NCBI GenBank assembly: GCA_017421095.1
Contig: JAFQMB010000142.1
Span: 1 to 45,576, forward strand
Reading direction: 5' to 3'
Length of the DNA stretch: 45,576 nucleotides
Source: Oscillospiraceae bacterium
GTDB lineage: Bacteria; Bacillota; Clostridia; Oscillospirales; Ruminococcaceae
Positions 38,244 to 45,576 of this stretch are shown in pieces. The notes beneath the pieces are model-generated. The model saw only the letters and a program-made list of their open reading frames with translations, had not been told where the DNA came from and did no database searches. Numbering within the stretch: position 1 is the stretch's first letter; every line of letters starts with the position of its first letter. The position numbers and the translations under genes were made by a program.

Positions 38244-38888
38244 TCAGCCGGTTCCTACACTATAAATTTTCCATCCTCCACCTTTCGTTCTTACCATTGT
38301 ATAAATCAAATAACTTTCCGTATAAGGAAGCGCCGCGCCGCCGGCATATGGGGAAGAACGATATTTCACACTAAAAACCATACAACCGACGTATGTGACA
38401 TCATCTCTCTTCTCGGAATTGATATACGCAAGTTTGCTTTCGGAAACATCGTCGCCTGAATAGGTGACAGAATACAATCTCGTTTTTGTTTCGGGCCGAT
38501 ATTGATATTTGATCAGTGCGATCACCTCGCCTATCTCTTCTTTGGTATAAACCTCAGAGGTTCGGTAGTCGATCGTTGGCGGCCAAAAATCATTGCAGAA
38601 CAGAAAAACGATCAGCGCAAGAAAAGCCGAAAGGCAAACCCAAACCGTAATCTTTCTTTTCATTCTTTTCTTTACCGTTTTGAAATCCGCAACAGCGCAG
38701 CTATTATCCTTATTCTTTTGCGCGATGATATTCTCTGCTTTGCCCGGTTTTGCCAAACGCTCCAGTTTTGCGGCGCAATCCGGGCAGCTTTTCAAATGCG
38801 CCTTGATATAATCGGCGGTTTCGGAACTGACCATCTCTTCCAAATAAAGGGGAAGCAGATCACAAACCACACAGCAATCATGTTTCAT
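38244..38888 (-). CDS. anti-sigma factor (zf-HC2 N-terminus, one TM, extracytoplasmic domain)
   Basis: The HLKSCPDC (H-x3-C-x2-C) zinc-finger motif and TM segment ITVWVCLSAFLALIVFLFC. The start overlaps the ECF sigma stop by 11 nt. Confidence 0.8.
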   Translation of the reverse strand: MKHDCCVVCDLLPLYLEEMVSSETADYIKAHLKSCPDCAAKLERLAKPGKAENIIAQKNKDNSCAVADFKTVKKRMKRKITVWVCLSAFLALIVFLFCNDFWPPTIDYRTSEVYTKEEIGEVIALIKYQYRPETKTRLYSVTYSGDDVSESKLAYINSEKRDDVTYVGCMVFSVKYRSSPYAGGAALPYTESYLIYTMVRTKGGGWKIYSVGTG

Positions 38889-39378
38889 TCTGTTGTTCCT
38901 CCCATCTGCTTTTTATCATCATTCTCGCACGGTGATAGGTCACGCAGGCCCAATTTTCAGATTTTTCGAATATTTGGCCGATCTGTTTGAAACTCAACTC
39001 TGCAAACACCCGCCACATAAAAACTTCTTTATACGGATCGGGGAGCTCGTGTAAAATATTTTGAATTTGCAAAGTTTCTTCGTTTCTGGCAAGCGCTTCC
39101 TCAAGATTTTCGCCTTGGTCGGCGAGATTCAGAAGTTCGGGATCATCAACAAGCTCCATGCGCTTTTTCTTTTTCAAATAAGAATAATAACAATTCTTGG
39201 CAATCTGACAAAGCCAAACCCGAATGTCGCAATCCCCCCGAAAACGGTCAATGGCGTTCATTGCCTTGAAAAAGGTGTCTGCGGTGATTTCTTCCGCGAT
39301 CTGCTCATCACCGGACAATTTGCGGATGTATCGGAAGACATCGGTAAAATACATCCGATATATTTGTTCAAATTCCAT
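38878..39378 (-). CDS. ECF-type RNA polymerase sigma-70 family factor
   Basis: 166 aa. Region 2 is DVFRYIRKLSGDEQIAEEITADTFFKA...FRGDCDIRVWLCQIAKN; region 4 is LPDPYKEVFMWRVFAELSFKQIGQIF..SENWACVTYHRA. Confidence 0.88.
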   Translation of the reverse strand: MEFEQIYRMYFTDVFRYIRKLSGDEQIAEEITADTFFKAMNAIDRFRGDCDIRVWLCQIAKNCYYSYLKKKKRMELVDDPELLNLADQGENLEEALARNEETLQIQNILHELPDPYKEVFMWRVFAELSFKQIGQIFEKSENWACVTYHRARMMIKSRWEEQQNET

Positions 39379-39405
39379 CGACCGATCACCTGCCTTCGTA
39401 TATAT

Positions 39406-39431
39406 GACGCTTGAAAACAGAAAATCTTACA
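39406..39431 (-). promoter_or_regulatory. possible ECF-type autoregulated promoter (TGTAAG-16-CGTC)
   Basis: On the minus strand, TGTAAG (39431-39426), a 16-nt spacer and CGTC (39409-39406), 28 nt upstream of the sigma ATG. It only partly matches the xxAAC/CGTC pattern. Confidence 0.25.
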
Positions 39432-39686
39432 AAATATTTTGCGGAAATTTCAAAAATTTCTTGCCGCAATTTTATTTTACTACTTTATACGGCGCAGCAC
39501 AAGAATCCAATAAAAAATCACGCTGAAAGCGTGTATGGAATCAGGCCGACAAAACATACTCTTTCGGTGATACCATCCGCGACTTCGTCGCAATTCCATG
39601 ATAGTCCTTCCTTCGTCGGCCCGGATAAAAAATAGCCTGCTTTCGCAGGTCGTTTTTTGCCCAATGTGAGAAACTTGTATCAAAAC

Positions 39687-39809
39687 AAAACGGGGTTGGT
39701 CTTCTCTCGCAAAAGTTTGGCAAAGCCTGCGGCTTTGCGAGGCTCAACAATGGGAAACTCGTATCAAAAACAAAAAGACCCATCTTGCGATGAGTCTTTT
39801 TGTTTTGGT
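39687..39809. repeat. copy A (partial) of the ~165-bp tRNA-Leu-associated repeat
   Basis: 39691-39809 matches copy C at 117/119 positions by hand alignment. It contains the GCAAAGCC-tgc-GGCTTTGC hairpin and the AGACCCATC-ttgc-GATGAGTCT terminator hairpin, but lacks the tRNA-3'-like head. Confidence 0.85.
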
Positions 39810-39854
39810 AATTGTACTTTACGATGAATCCCGCACTGCGAATTATGGCCACAA

Positions 39855-40331
39855 TTATGCTGTTTTGTAGTATTTCTTGATTAACTCTTCGAGTTTTTCA
39901 TCATCACAACTAAGATGCGTGGTTGAGATGGTATTGCCATCAGCATCAAAAGTTTCTCCGTATCCGGCAGAAGAATAAAAGGTGTATTGTCCGTTGGAGA
40001 AGTTGATTCTAATGACCCAGTCGCCGTATGAAAAACTGGGGTCCATTGCCACAAGGGCAAAGATAATGGTGTCCGAGAATTTGAGGTTTGAAAAATCATC
40101 CAAAAAAGCTTCATTGTCTTTTTCGGATAATGTATAGGCAGGCTCATAGATTTTATCAAACCCCGGCTCGCCGTTTCCCTCCTGAATGCGCAGATCATAA
40201 AACTGTATCGAAACTATTTCTTCGGCGGAAATATCATAATATTTTTTGACAGGGATTATGATACAAGCGCTCAAGGAGAAAAGCAAAACAAAAGTCATAA
40301 TCATCAATAAAAACTGTTTGAACCGTTTCAT
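39855..40331 (-). CDS. small lipoprotein of unknown function
   Basis: GGAGG lies 8 nt before the ATG at 40331. MKRFKQFLLMIMTFVLLFSLSAC carries a lipobox. I recognise no family. Confidence 0.7.
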   Translation of the reverse strand: MKRFKQFLLMIMTFVLLFSLSACIIIPVKKYYDISAEEIVSIQFYDLRIQEGNGEPGFDKIYEPAYTLSEKDNEAFLDDFSNLKFSDTIIFALVAMDPSFSYGDWVIRINFSNGQYTFYSSAGYGETFDADGNTISTTHLSCDDEKLEELIKKYYKTA

Positions 40332-40404
40332 CACCGCACCTCCTCTATGGATATTATACAGCAAAAAGAAAACAATCGCAACTCATATCAATGCGGTTGT
40401 TCTT

Positions 40405-40576
40405 TGATTCGGATAACAGGAGTTACGGACCTACGTTTTGCGCCAAAAAACGAAACGGGGTTGGCCCTTTCTCGCAAAACTTCAGCAAAGCCTGCGGCTT
40501 TGCAAGGCTCAACAATGGGAAACTCGTATCAAAAACAAAAAGACCCATCTTGCGATGAGTCTTTTTGTTTTGGTGC
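40405..40576. repeat. copy B of the ~165-bp tRNA-Leu-associated repeat
   Basis: 40410-40576 versus 41772-41938 gives 159/167 identical with no indels (hand alignment). It begins with a tRNA-3'-end mimic (cggataacaggagttacggacctacg) and ends in ttttggtgcag. Confidence 0.9.
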
Positions 40577-40652
40577 AGTGAGTGATGATAAATCCGAACC
40601 AAATGCCTCTTCAAAGTGGAGCGTAGATGAAAAACGGCAAACTACAATAACA

Positions 40653-41501
40653 TTAGAGTTCTTTAAAAAAAGCCTCGGTCTTTCCGTGAAGGTCAAAGGA
40701 ATGCCACGCGATTGCAATGTTTTCATTGTAATTTATATAAAGATATTGCCCCATCATTCCGCCTTTTGCATATCCTTTTTCTTTTTTACCAAATTCGTAA
40801 GCGCGTTCCAGTACAATGTTAACCCATTCTTGTGATATAATTCTTTCTCCGTTCCATAATCCGTTATTCAAATAAATACGCCCAAGCTTTACCATATCCT
40901 CTGTGCGTAAATAAAGTCCGGTTGCACCAACAGGATAGTTTTTAGGGCATTTTGACCACGCAACTTCACGACAGCCTATTTTTTTAAAAAGACGGTCCAT
41001 AAGAAATTCATCAAGCTTCTCGCCGCTTATTTTGGTTACTATACGGGAAATAAGATAGTAGGCTGCATCAGAATAATCCCTGATCGTTCCGGGATCATTC
41101 GTCAACTCGCGGTCAAGCACAATAAACAGAAAATCATCCGTAGGGTATGTTGTAATGTCTTCTGTGTCAATATCAAGAAAGCCTGCGGAAAAGCCGATTT
41201 TATGGCGCAAAACATGATCGATCGTAACATTTTGCCATTTTCTTTGAGGAATTCCATACTGTTTCAGCTCGTCAGAAAAAATATCTGCAATCGTTGCATG
41301 GGGTGAAAGTTTTTTTTCGTCAAAAAGCATCCCTATTGCTGTGACGCAAAAAGCTTTAGCGACCGAATAACAGTTTTGACAAGGATTTGCCGGTATTCTT
41401 TCAAGAGTCTCAATTCCGTTTTCGGTAGAGACACTCAAGCAGTATGTGTTTATATCATTTCTTTTGGCAATATTATCAAGCTTTGTCAGTATGTCCAACA
41501 T
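40653..41501 (-). CDS. beta-lactamase-family serine hydrolase (PF00144-like), cytoplasmic
   Basis: GGAG lies 6 nt before the ATG at 41501. It has an SxxK motif (YSVAK), a YSD motif (Y-x-N position) and no signal peptide. Two 60-nt samples I counted in this gene were 35% GC, against 48-50% in flanking core genes. Confidence 0.75.
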   Translation of the reverse strand: MLDILTKLDNIAKRNDINTYCLSVSTENGIETLERIPANPCQNCYSVAKAFCVTAIGMLFDEKKLSPHATIADIFSDELKQYGIPQRKWQNVTIDHVLRHKIGFSAGFLDIDTEDITTYPTDDFLFIVLDRELTNDPGTIRDYSDAAYYLISRIVTKISGEKLDEFLMDRLFKKIGCREVAWSKCPKNYPVGATGLYLRTEDMVKLGRIYLNNGLWNGERIISQEWVNIVLERAYEFGKKEKGYAKGGMMGQYLYINYNENIAIAWHSFDLHGKTEAFFKEL

Positions 41502-41546
41502 TTTCTTCTCCAATCAAGTCAGTTTGATTATTTGCATTATCGCTTT

Positions 41547-41578
41547 GGTATAAAATTGCAACGGAAATTTTTTATACC
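41547..41578. promoter_or_regulatory. 9-bp inverted repeat GGTATAAAA-N14-TTTTATACC in the serine-hydrolase 5' region
   Basis: The arms lie at 41547-41555 and 41570-41578, between a candidate promoter (minus strand TTGCTC-17-TATACT) and the RBS. Confidence 0.3.
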
Positions 41579-41716
41579 GTTTATAGTATAGCATAAAAGG
41601 CATGGAAGAGCAAGTGATATGCGATGGAACTGATCCAAGTAGCGCTTTCATAATACTAATTTGCAGCAAGTAAGCATTACAGATCACCGGAACACACGTT
41701 TTCTGCGAAAACATAA

Positions 41717-41760
41717 AGAAATCCGAACCCTTCGCCTACCGGCTTTGGGTTCGGATTTCT
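41717..41760 (-). terminator. 14-bp-stem hairpin immediately after the pseudo-tRNA 3' end
   Basis: AGAAATCCGAACCC (41717-41730) pairs with GGGTTCGGATTTCT (41747-41760) around a 16-nt loop. On the minus strand it is followed by TTATGTTTT. Confidence 0.5.
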
Positions 41761-41767
41761 ACTGTTT

Positions 41768-41932
41768 GGTGCGGATAACAGGAGTTACGAACCTACGTTT
41801 TGCGCCAAAAAACGAAACGGGGTTGGTCTTCTCTCGCAAAACTTTGGCAAAGCCTGCGGCTTTGCGAGGCTCAACGATGGGAAACTCGTATCAAAAACAA
41901 AAAGACCCATCTTGCGATGAGTCTTTTTGTTT
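41768..41932. repeat. copy C of the ~165-bp repeat, directly abutting tRNA-Leu(CAG)
   Basis: It starts with tggtgcggataacaggagtt (41768-41787), identical to the tRNA 3' end at 41933-41952. It then has a 2-nt insertion and diverges. It carries the same two hairpins; its terminator hairpin serves the tRNA operon. Confidence 0.9.
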
Positions 41933-42019
41933 TGGTGCGGATAACAGGAGTTGAACCTGCACCGAGTTGCCCCGACTAGAACCTGAATCTAGCGCGTCTG
42001 CCTATTCCGCCATATCCGC
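41933..42019 (-). tRNA. tRNA-Leu (anticodon CAG), class II with long variable arm, CCA encoded
   Basis: Minus strand: GCGGATATGGCGGAATAGGCAGACGCGCTAGATTCAGGTTCTAGTCGGGGCAACTCGGTGCAGGTTCAACTCCTGTTATCCGCACCA. Acceptor stem GCGGATA/TATCCGC; anticodon stem CTAGA/TCTAG with loop TTCAGGT. Confidence 0.93.
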
Positions 42020-42069
42020 ATATACCGTATTCAATTTTCCGGTTACAGGAATCCGAAGGGAGGATCAGA

Positions 42070-42156
42070 TGGTGCAGACGGCGAGACTTGAACTCGCACG
42101 AGCTTACGCTCACTACCCCCTCAAAGTAGCGTGTCTGCCGATTCCACCACGCCTGC
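42070..42156 (-). tRNA. tRNA-Leu (anticodon GAG), class II, CCA encoded
   Basis: Minus strand: GCAGGCGTGGTGGAATCGGCAGACACGCTACTTTGAGGGGGTAGTGAGCGTAAGCTCGTGCGAGTTCAAGTCTCGCCGTCTGCACCA. Anticodon stem CTACT/GGTAG with loop TTGAGGG. Confidence 0.9.
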
Positions 42157-42203
42157 ATGACTTTCCGGGCCATCAATTCGGGCTTTTCCCAAACCGCCCT
42201 GCT

Positions 42204-42232
42204 ATTCTATCACGCCGCATCCTGATTGTCAA
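42204..42232 (-). promoter_or_regulatory. promoter of the tRNA-Leu pair (TTGACA-17-TAGAAT)
   Basis: On the minus strand, TTGACA (42232-42227), an exactly 17-nt spacer and TAGAAT (42209-42204), about 45 nt upstream of the first tRNA. Confidence 0.7.
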
Positions 42233-42277
42233 CCCTAAATTTTATCTTTTTTGATTTTCTTTCCCCGAAATTGTGCC

Positions 42278-42316
42278 AAAAAAAGAGGAGAGAACGGGAT
42301 CTCTCTCCTCTTTTTC
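42278..42316. terminator. bidirectional terminator ending the recA-recX-DUF512 transcription unit
   Basis: A 10-bp stem AGAGGAGAGA (42284-42293) / TCTCTCCTCT (42302-42311), flanked by A7 and T-rich runs. Confidence 0.8.
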
Positions 42317-42324
42317 TTTTTGTT

Positions 42325-43656
42325 TTATGCCTCCAAAGAGCGCCCCAGCATGGCCGAAAGCAGCGAATGGCCATCGTCTTCCACCACCCGAACAGAAACG
42401 CCGAATTTCTCTTCCAGATCCGAAGGGGTCAGATCGTCCAAAAAACGGCTGCCGGTGGATTCCAGCATATGCTCACAAAGCAAAATTTCCTCACCGATGG
42501 GTTTGTCTGTCAGCCCGTCGATCAGATCTTTGCCAGCCAAAAGACCGGCCACCGTGATGGTCTTTCCAAAGGTTTTGTTTTGCAAAGCAAAAACATCAAC
42601 CTGCAGAAAAGGAAAAACTTCTTTGGCTTTGGCGGCCAATTTTTCCAAAAGCGGCGCCGCCAGCATCCCGGTGGGAAGGGTGACACGCCGCGGCTGTTCC
42701 AAAGAAAGACCGGCTACCTTTGCCTCTTCCAGCGCAGCCATAAAATCGTTTTCCAGGGAAACACACATGCCCACCCCGTTTTCCAACTGAGGGAAATCAT
42801 CATAACGGGACTCTTCGGGCAGATCCATCCCGGCCAAAATATAAAATTCATCCGAGGCGTGGAAGCGATAAAAACCGTCCCGTGCAAAGGATTCTTTCGC
42901 CGCTGCATCGATCCGCGCAATCACATCCCGCGCCCCTTCTTTGTCAAAGAGATGCAACTCCTCCAGCCCTTCCCGATGGGCAGTCAGCCCCACCGGCACT
43001 GCCGAAACACTGCGAAGGGCGTCACCCAAATCCAAGAGATCCCTCAGGCTGCGGGAAAGTTCCTCTTTGTCGTTCCAGCCGGGGCAGAGCACCAACTGGC
43101 AGTTGAGGGCGATTCCGTGGGCGGCAAAGGTTCTCAAAATTTCCAAACTCTCTCCGGCGAAACGGTTTCGCATCATCCGACAGCGCAGTTCGGGATTTGT
43201 TGTGTGCACCGAAACGTTCATCGGGCTGATGTGCATTTCCAAAATTCTTGTGACCTCGTCGGGGGCAAGGTTGGTCAGGGTGATATAATTGCCGAACAAA
43301 AAGGAAAGGCGGCTGTCATCATCCTTGAAATACAAACTCTCCCGCATTCCCTTGGGCATCTGGTCGATGAAACAGAAAACACAGCCGTTGCGGCAACGGC
43401 GCTGTTCATCCATCAAGAAACTTTCAAATTCCAGTCCAAGATCGGCACCGTTTTTTCTGCGGAGACGGATATCTCGTTTCTTTCCTTTGGAAGTTTCCAC
43501 CTCCAAGAGGCAGATGCCGTCCTCTTCCAAATAAAAATCATAGTCCAAGAAATCATGAATCTCGTGGCCGTTCACAGAGACAAGCCGATCTCCCGCCGCG
43601 ATTCGTTTTTTGGCCGCAAGGCTTCCTTTGACCACATTTTGAATGATAACCGCCAT
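42325..43656 (-). CDS. DUF512 protein (N-terminal PDZ-like plus radical-SAM-like core)
   Basis: Start at MAVIIQNV (43656). The translation has an ...AAGDRLVSVNGHEI PDZ-like segment, then CRNGCVFCFID. The family assignment is from memory. Confidence 0.75.
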   Translation of the reverse strand: MAVIIQNVVKGSLAAKKRIAAGDRLVSVNGHEIHDFLDYDFYLEEDGICLLEVETSKGKKRDIRLRRKNGADLGLEFESFLMDEQRRCRNGCVFCFIDQMPKGMRESLYFKDDDSRLSFLFGNYITLTNLAPDEVTRILEMHISPMNVSVHTTNPELRCRMMRNRFAGESLEILRTFAAHGIALNCQLVLCPGWNDKEELSRSLRDLLDLGDALRSVSAVPVGLTAHREGLEELHLFDKEGARDVIARIDAAAKESFARDGFYRFHASDEFYILAGMDLPEESRYDDFPQLENGVGMCVSLENDFMAALEEAKVAGLSLEQPRRVTLPTGMLAAPLLEKLAAKAKEVFPFLQVDVFALQNKTFGKTITVAGLLAGKDLIDGLTDKPIGEEILLCEHMLESTGSRFLDDLTPSDLEEKFGVSVRVVEDDGHSLLSAMLGRSLEA

Positions 43657-43676
43657 ATTCGGTTCCTCTTTGTTTC

Positions 43677-44282
43677 TTAAATTTCTTCCGATTCGGTGCA
43701 TCGAAGCTGCTGCCGGATAACCGAAAGAGAAAATCCCTGTCTTGCCAGTGAAGCGACCACCTTTTTTGTTTCTCCCTCCGCCAAAAGGGAGGCATATTTG
43801 TGCTGCAAAAGATGGGCCACTCTCTTTTCTTCGCCGGGCAATTCCTCTCGCAAAATCCCCAAATCTTCCGCAGAAAGCCCTCTGCAGCGAAGCTGTTCCA
43901 AAATCTTTTTGTTGCTTGCCGCCCGACGGCAGATCATCTCTTCCGCCAACAGCCGACCATAAGCCAGATCATCCAAAAGACCCACCTGTTCCAACTCTTC
44001 CACCGCTGCGGCAGCATATTGGGGATCATTTGTTGCAGAAATTTTTTCCAGCAGTTTTTTCTTGGTATAGTTCTGACGATCCAAAAGATAAAGGGCCCGT
44101 TCCCTTGCCTTGCGGATGAGGGCGGATTCCAACAAGGGCAAAAGGTGTTCTTCCTTGATCACTGCCCCCTCTTCCAAGCCGAAGTGCTGACAAATTCCCT
44201 TGTCCACACAGGCTTTGTATTCCCCGTCCAGATAAAGATAGAAGCGGTTTTTCCCCACCTCTTTCAATTCGCTCACCCGCAA
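43677..44282 (-). CDS. recX: recombination regulator RecX
   Basis: About 200 aa of helical repeats located directly downstream of recA. The N-terminus KNRFYLYLDGEY and the ...RALYLLDRQNYTKKKL block are RecX-like. Confidence 0.8.
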   Translation of the reverse strand: MRVSELKEVGKNRFYLYLDGEYKACVDKGICQHFGLEEGAVIKEEHLLPLLESALIRKARERALYLLDRQNYTKKKLLEKISATNDPQYAAAAVEELEQVGLLDDLAYGRLLAEEMICRRAASNKKILEQLRCRGLSAEDLGILREELPGEEKRVAHLLQHKYASLLAEGETKKVVASLARQGFSLSVIRQQLRCTESEEI

Positions 44283-44359
44283 AAGACTGCCCCCCTATGA
44301 ACATCGGCAGGGCGGACAGTTTTCTGCCCACCCGCCAAAAAGATTCTTTCGTTTCAGAT

Positions 44360-45508
44360 TCAGATCTCGTCGAAATCAATGTCCACATCCATGGGCTTGA
44401 AATCGGCCTCATCCAGATCCCGGATCATCGGCGTTTTCTTTGCCGGTGTTTCGATATTTTCTGCCTCTTCGCCCTTGTCCATAAGTTTCGCCTTGATCTG
44501 TCCGGCGATCTCTTCCAAAACCTCAGGATGTTCCTTCAAATAGTTCTTGGAATTATCTCTACCCTGGCCCAGCCGCAGATCCTGATAGCTGAAGAAAGCG
44601 CCGGCCTTTTTCAAAATCCCCAGTTCCACGCCCATATCCAGCACCTCGCCCACATAGCTGATGCCCTGGCCATACATAATGTCGAAAAAGGCCTCTTTGA
44701 AAGGCGGGGCCACCTTATTTTTCACAATCTTGCACCGGGTGCGGCTGCCCACCATCTCGCTGCCCACCTTCAAGGTTTCCTGCTTGCGGATGTCGATCCG
44801 CACAGAGGCATAGAATTTCAGCGCGTTGCCGCCGGTGGTGGTTTCGGGATTTCCATACATCACACCGATCTTCATACGAAGCTGGTTGATAAAGATCAGC
44901 GTGCAGCCGGATTTGGCCACGATGCTGGTCAGTTTTCGCAACGCCTGGCTCATCAAACGGGCCTGCAAACCCACATGGGAATCCCCCATCATCCCTTCAA
45001 TCTCGGATTTGGGCACCATGGCCGCCACCGAGTCGATGACGATCACATCCACCGCTCCGGAACGGGCCAGCGCTTCGCAGATTTCCAAAGCCTCTTCCCC
45101 GTTATCCGGCTGGGAAACCAAAAGTTCGTCGATGTTGACCCCCAGCGCCTTGGCATAAATGGGGTCCAGTGCGTGTTCGGCATCGATGAAAGCTGCGTTG
45201 CCGCCGCCCTTTTGCACCTCGGCCACCACATGCAACGCCACCGTGGTCTTACCCGAAGATTCAGGGCCATAGATCTCCACAATCCGGCCCTTGGGAATGC
45301 CGCCGATGCCCAGCGCAATATCCAAAGAAAGACTGCCGGTGCTGATAGCCTCCACATTCATCACAGCGTTTTCGCCCAGCCGCATCACCGCGCCCTGGCC
45401 AAAAGTCTTTTCGATGTTGGCCAACGCCAGATCCAACGCTCTTTTGCGCTCATCTACCTCGCTGACGGGCTTCACAGAAGCAGTTTTGCCGGTTTCCTTC
45501 TTTGCCAT
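44360..45508 (-). CDS. recA: recombinase RecA
   Basis: [22 protein letters not shown]...[20 protein letters not shown]...[10 protein letters not shown] is the unmistakable RecA signature. Confidence 0.97.
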   Translation of the reverse strand: MAKKETGKTASVKPVSEVDERKRALDLALANIEKTFGQGAVMRLGENAVMNVEAISTGSLSLDIALGIGGIPKGRIVEIYGPESSGKTTVALHVVAEVQKGGGNAAFIDAEHALDPIYAKALGVNIDELLVSQPDNGEEALEICEALARSGAVDVIVIDSVAAMVPKSEIEGMMGDSHVGLQARLMSQALRKLTSIVAKSGCTLIFINQLRMKIGVMYGNPETTTGGNALKFYASVRIDIRKQETLKVGSEMVGSRTRCKIVKNKVAPPFKEAFFDIMYGQGISYVGEVLDMGVELGILKKAGAFFSYQDLRLGQGRDNSKNYLKEHPEVLEEIAGQIKAKLMDKGEEAENIETPAKKTPMIRDLDEADFKPMDVDIDFDEI

Positions 45509-45541
45509 TGTTCCATCGCTCCTTCATCTGCAAACAGTTTA

Positions 45542-45570
45542 TGAACATTTGTTCGTTTGAGGCTATTATA
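45542..45570 (-). promoter_or_regulatory. recA -10 element plus LexA (Cheo/SOS) box
   Basis: On the minus strand, TATAAT (45570-45565) is followed by CGAACAAATGTTCA (45555-45542). This matches the Firmicute LexA consensus CGAAC-N4-GTTCG at 9/10 positions. The -35 would lie beyond the window edge. Confidence 0.7.
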
Positions 45571-45576
45571 TCAGCC

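Noticed and set aside
39411-39635. A 74-aa ORF (TTG start) in the spacer between the ECF sigma gene and repeat copy A.
   Set aside because: It has no RBS and no recognisable domain, and it overlaps small hairpins (CACGC-tgaaa-GCGTG; CCTGC-tttc-GCAGG plus a T-run). It is more likely non-coding or a decayed remnant.
39687-41938. The three ~165-bp repeats considered as a CRISPR array.
   Set aside because: The repeats are far too long. The spacers between them are 0.6-1.2 kb and contain complete genes with their own RBSs. No cas genes or short regular spacing are present.
41874-41948. A short ORF inside each repeat copy (MGNSYQKQKDPSCDESFCFG...) with a GAGG 7 nt upstream.
   Set aside because: It runs straight through the terminator hairpin. 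It has different C-termini in each copy (running into the tRNA or antisense into neighbouring genes). Conservation is at the nucleotide level, so nothing indicates selection on coding.

Overview
The window looks like a roughly 50% GC chromosome segment from a spore-forming Firmicute (Clostridia-like; spoIIR and dpaAB are present). It is dominated by housekeeping genes, most on the minus strand. In order: addA (truncated by the window edge, GTG start, absent from the ORF track), addB (apparently frameshifted), a DUF6062-like CxxC protein, an HtrA-type protease, three tandem DUF4838-like paralogs, rex, an isocitrate/isopropylmalate-family dehydrogenase, a ComEC-like MBL hydrolase, cca, ung, plsY, der, pdp, spoIIR, dpaA-dpaB, an operon of an FAD protein, a long ArsR-like regulator and a DUF4434-like protein, cdaA-cdaR, ispF, rny, padR-degV, a membrane protein, xpt, an ECF sigma/anti-sigma pair, two accessory genes, two tRNA-Leu genes, a DUF512 protein, recX and recA with a LexA box. 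I found no CRISPR array, transposase, integrase or recognisable defence system. The most unusual stretch is 38.2-41.9 kb. It is a lower-GC islet abutting the 3' end of tRNA-Leu(CAG), in which a structured repeat of about 165 bp occurs three times. Each full copy starts with a mimic of the tRNA 3' end and ends in a terminator hairpin, and the copies separate single-gene cassettes. Secondary points are the addB frameshift at a G4 run, the DUF4838 triplication with mixed localisation signals, direct repeats (DnaA-box-like) and a long structured leader upstream of htrA, a double-palindrome operator candidate at padR, and a roughly 720-bp gene-free spacer upstream of rny. All calls come from reading the sequence and ORF translations and from remembered family motifs; no database search was run.
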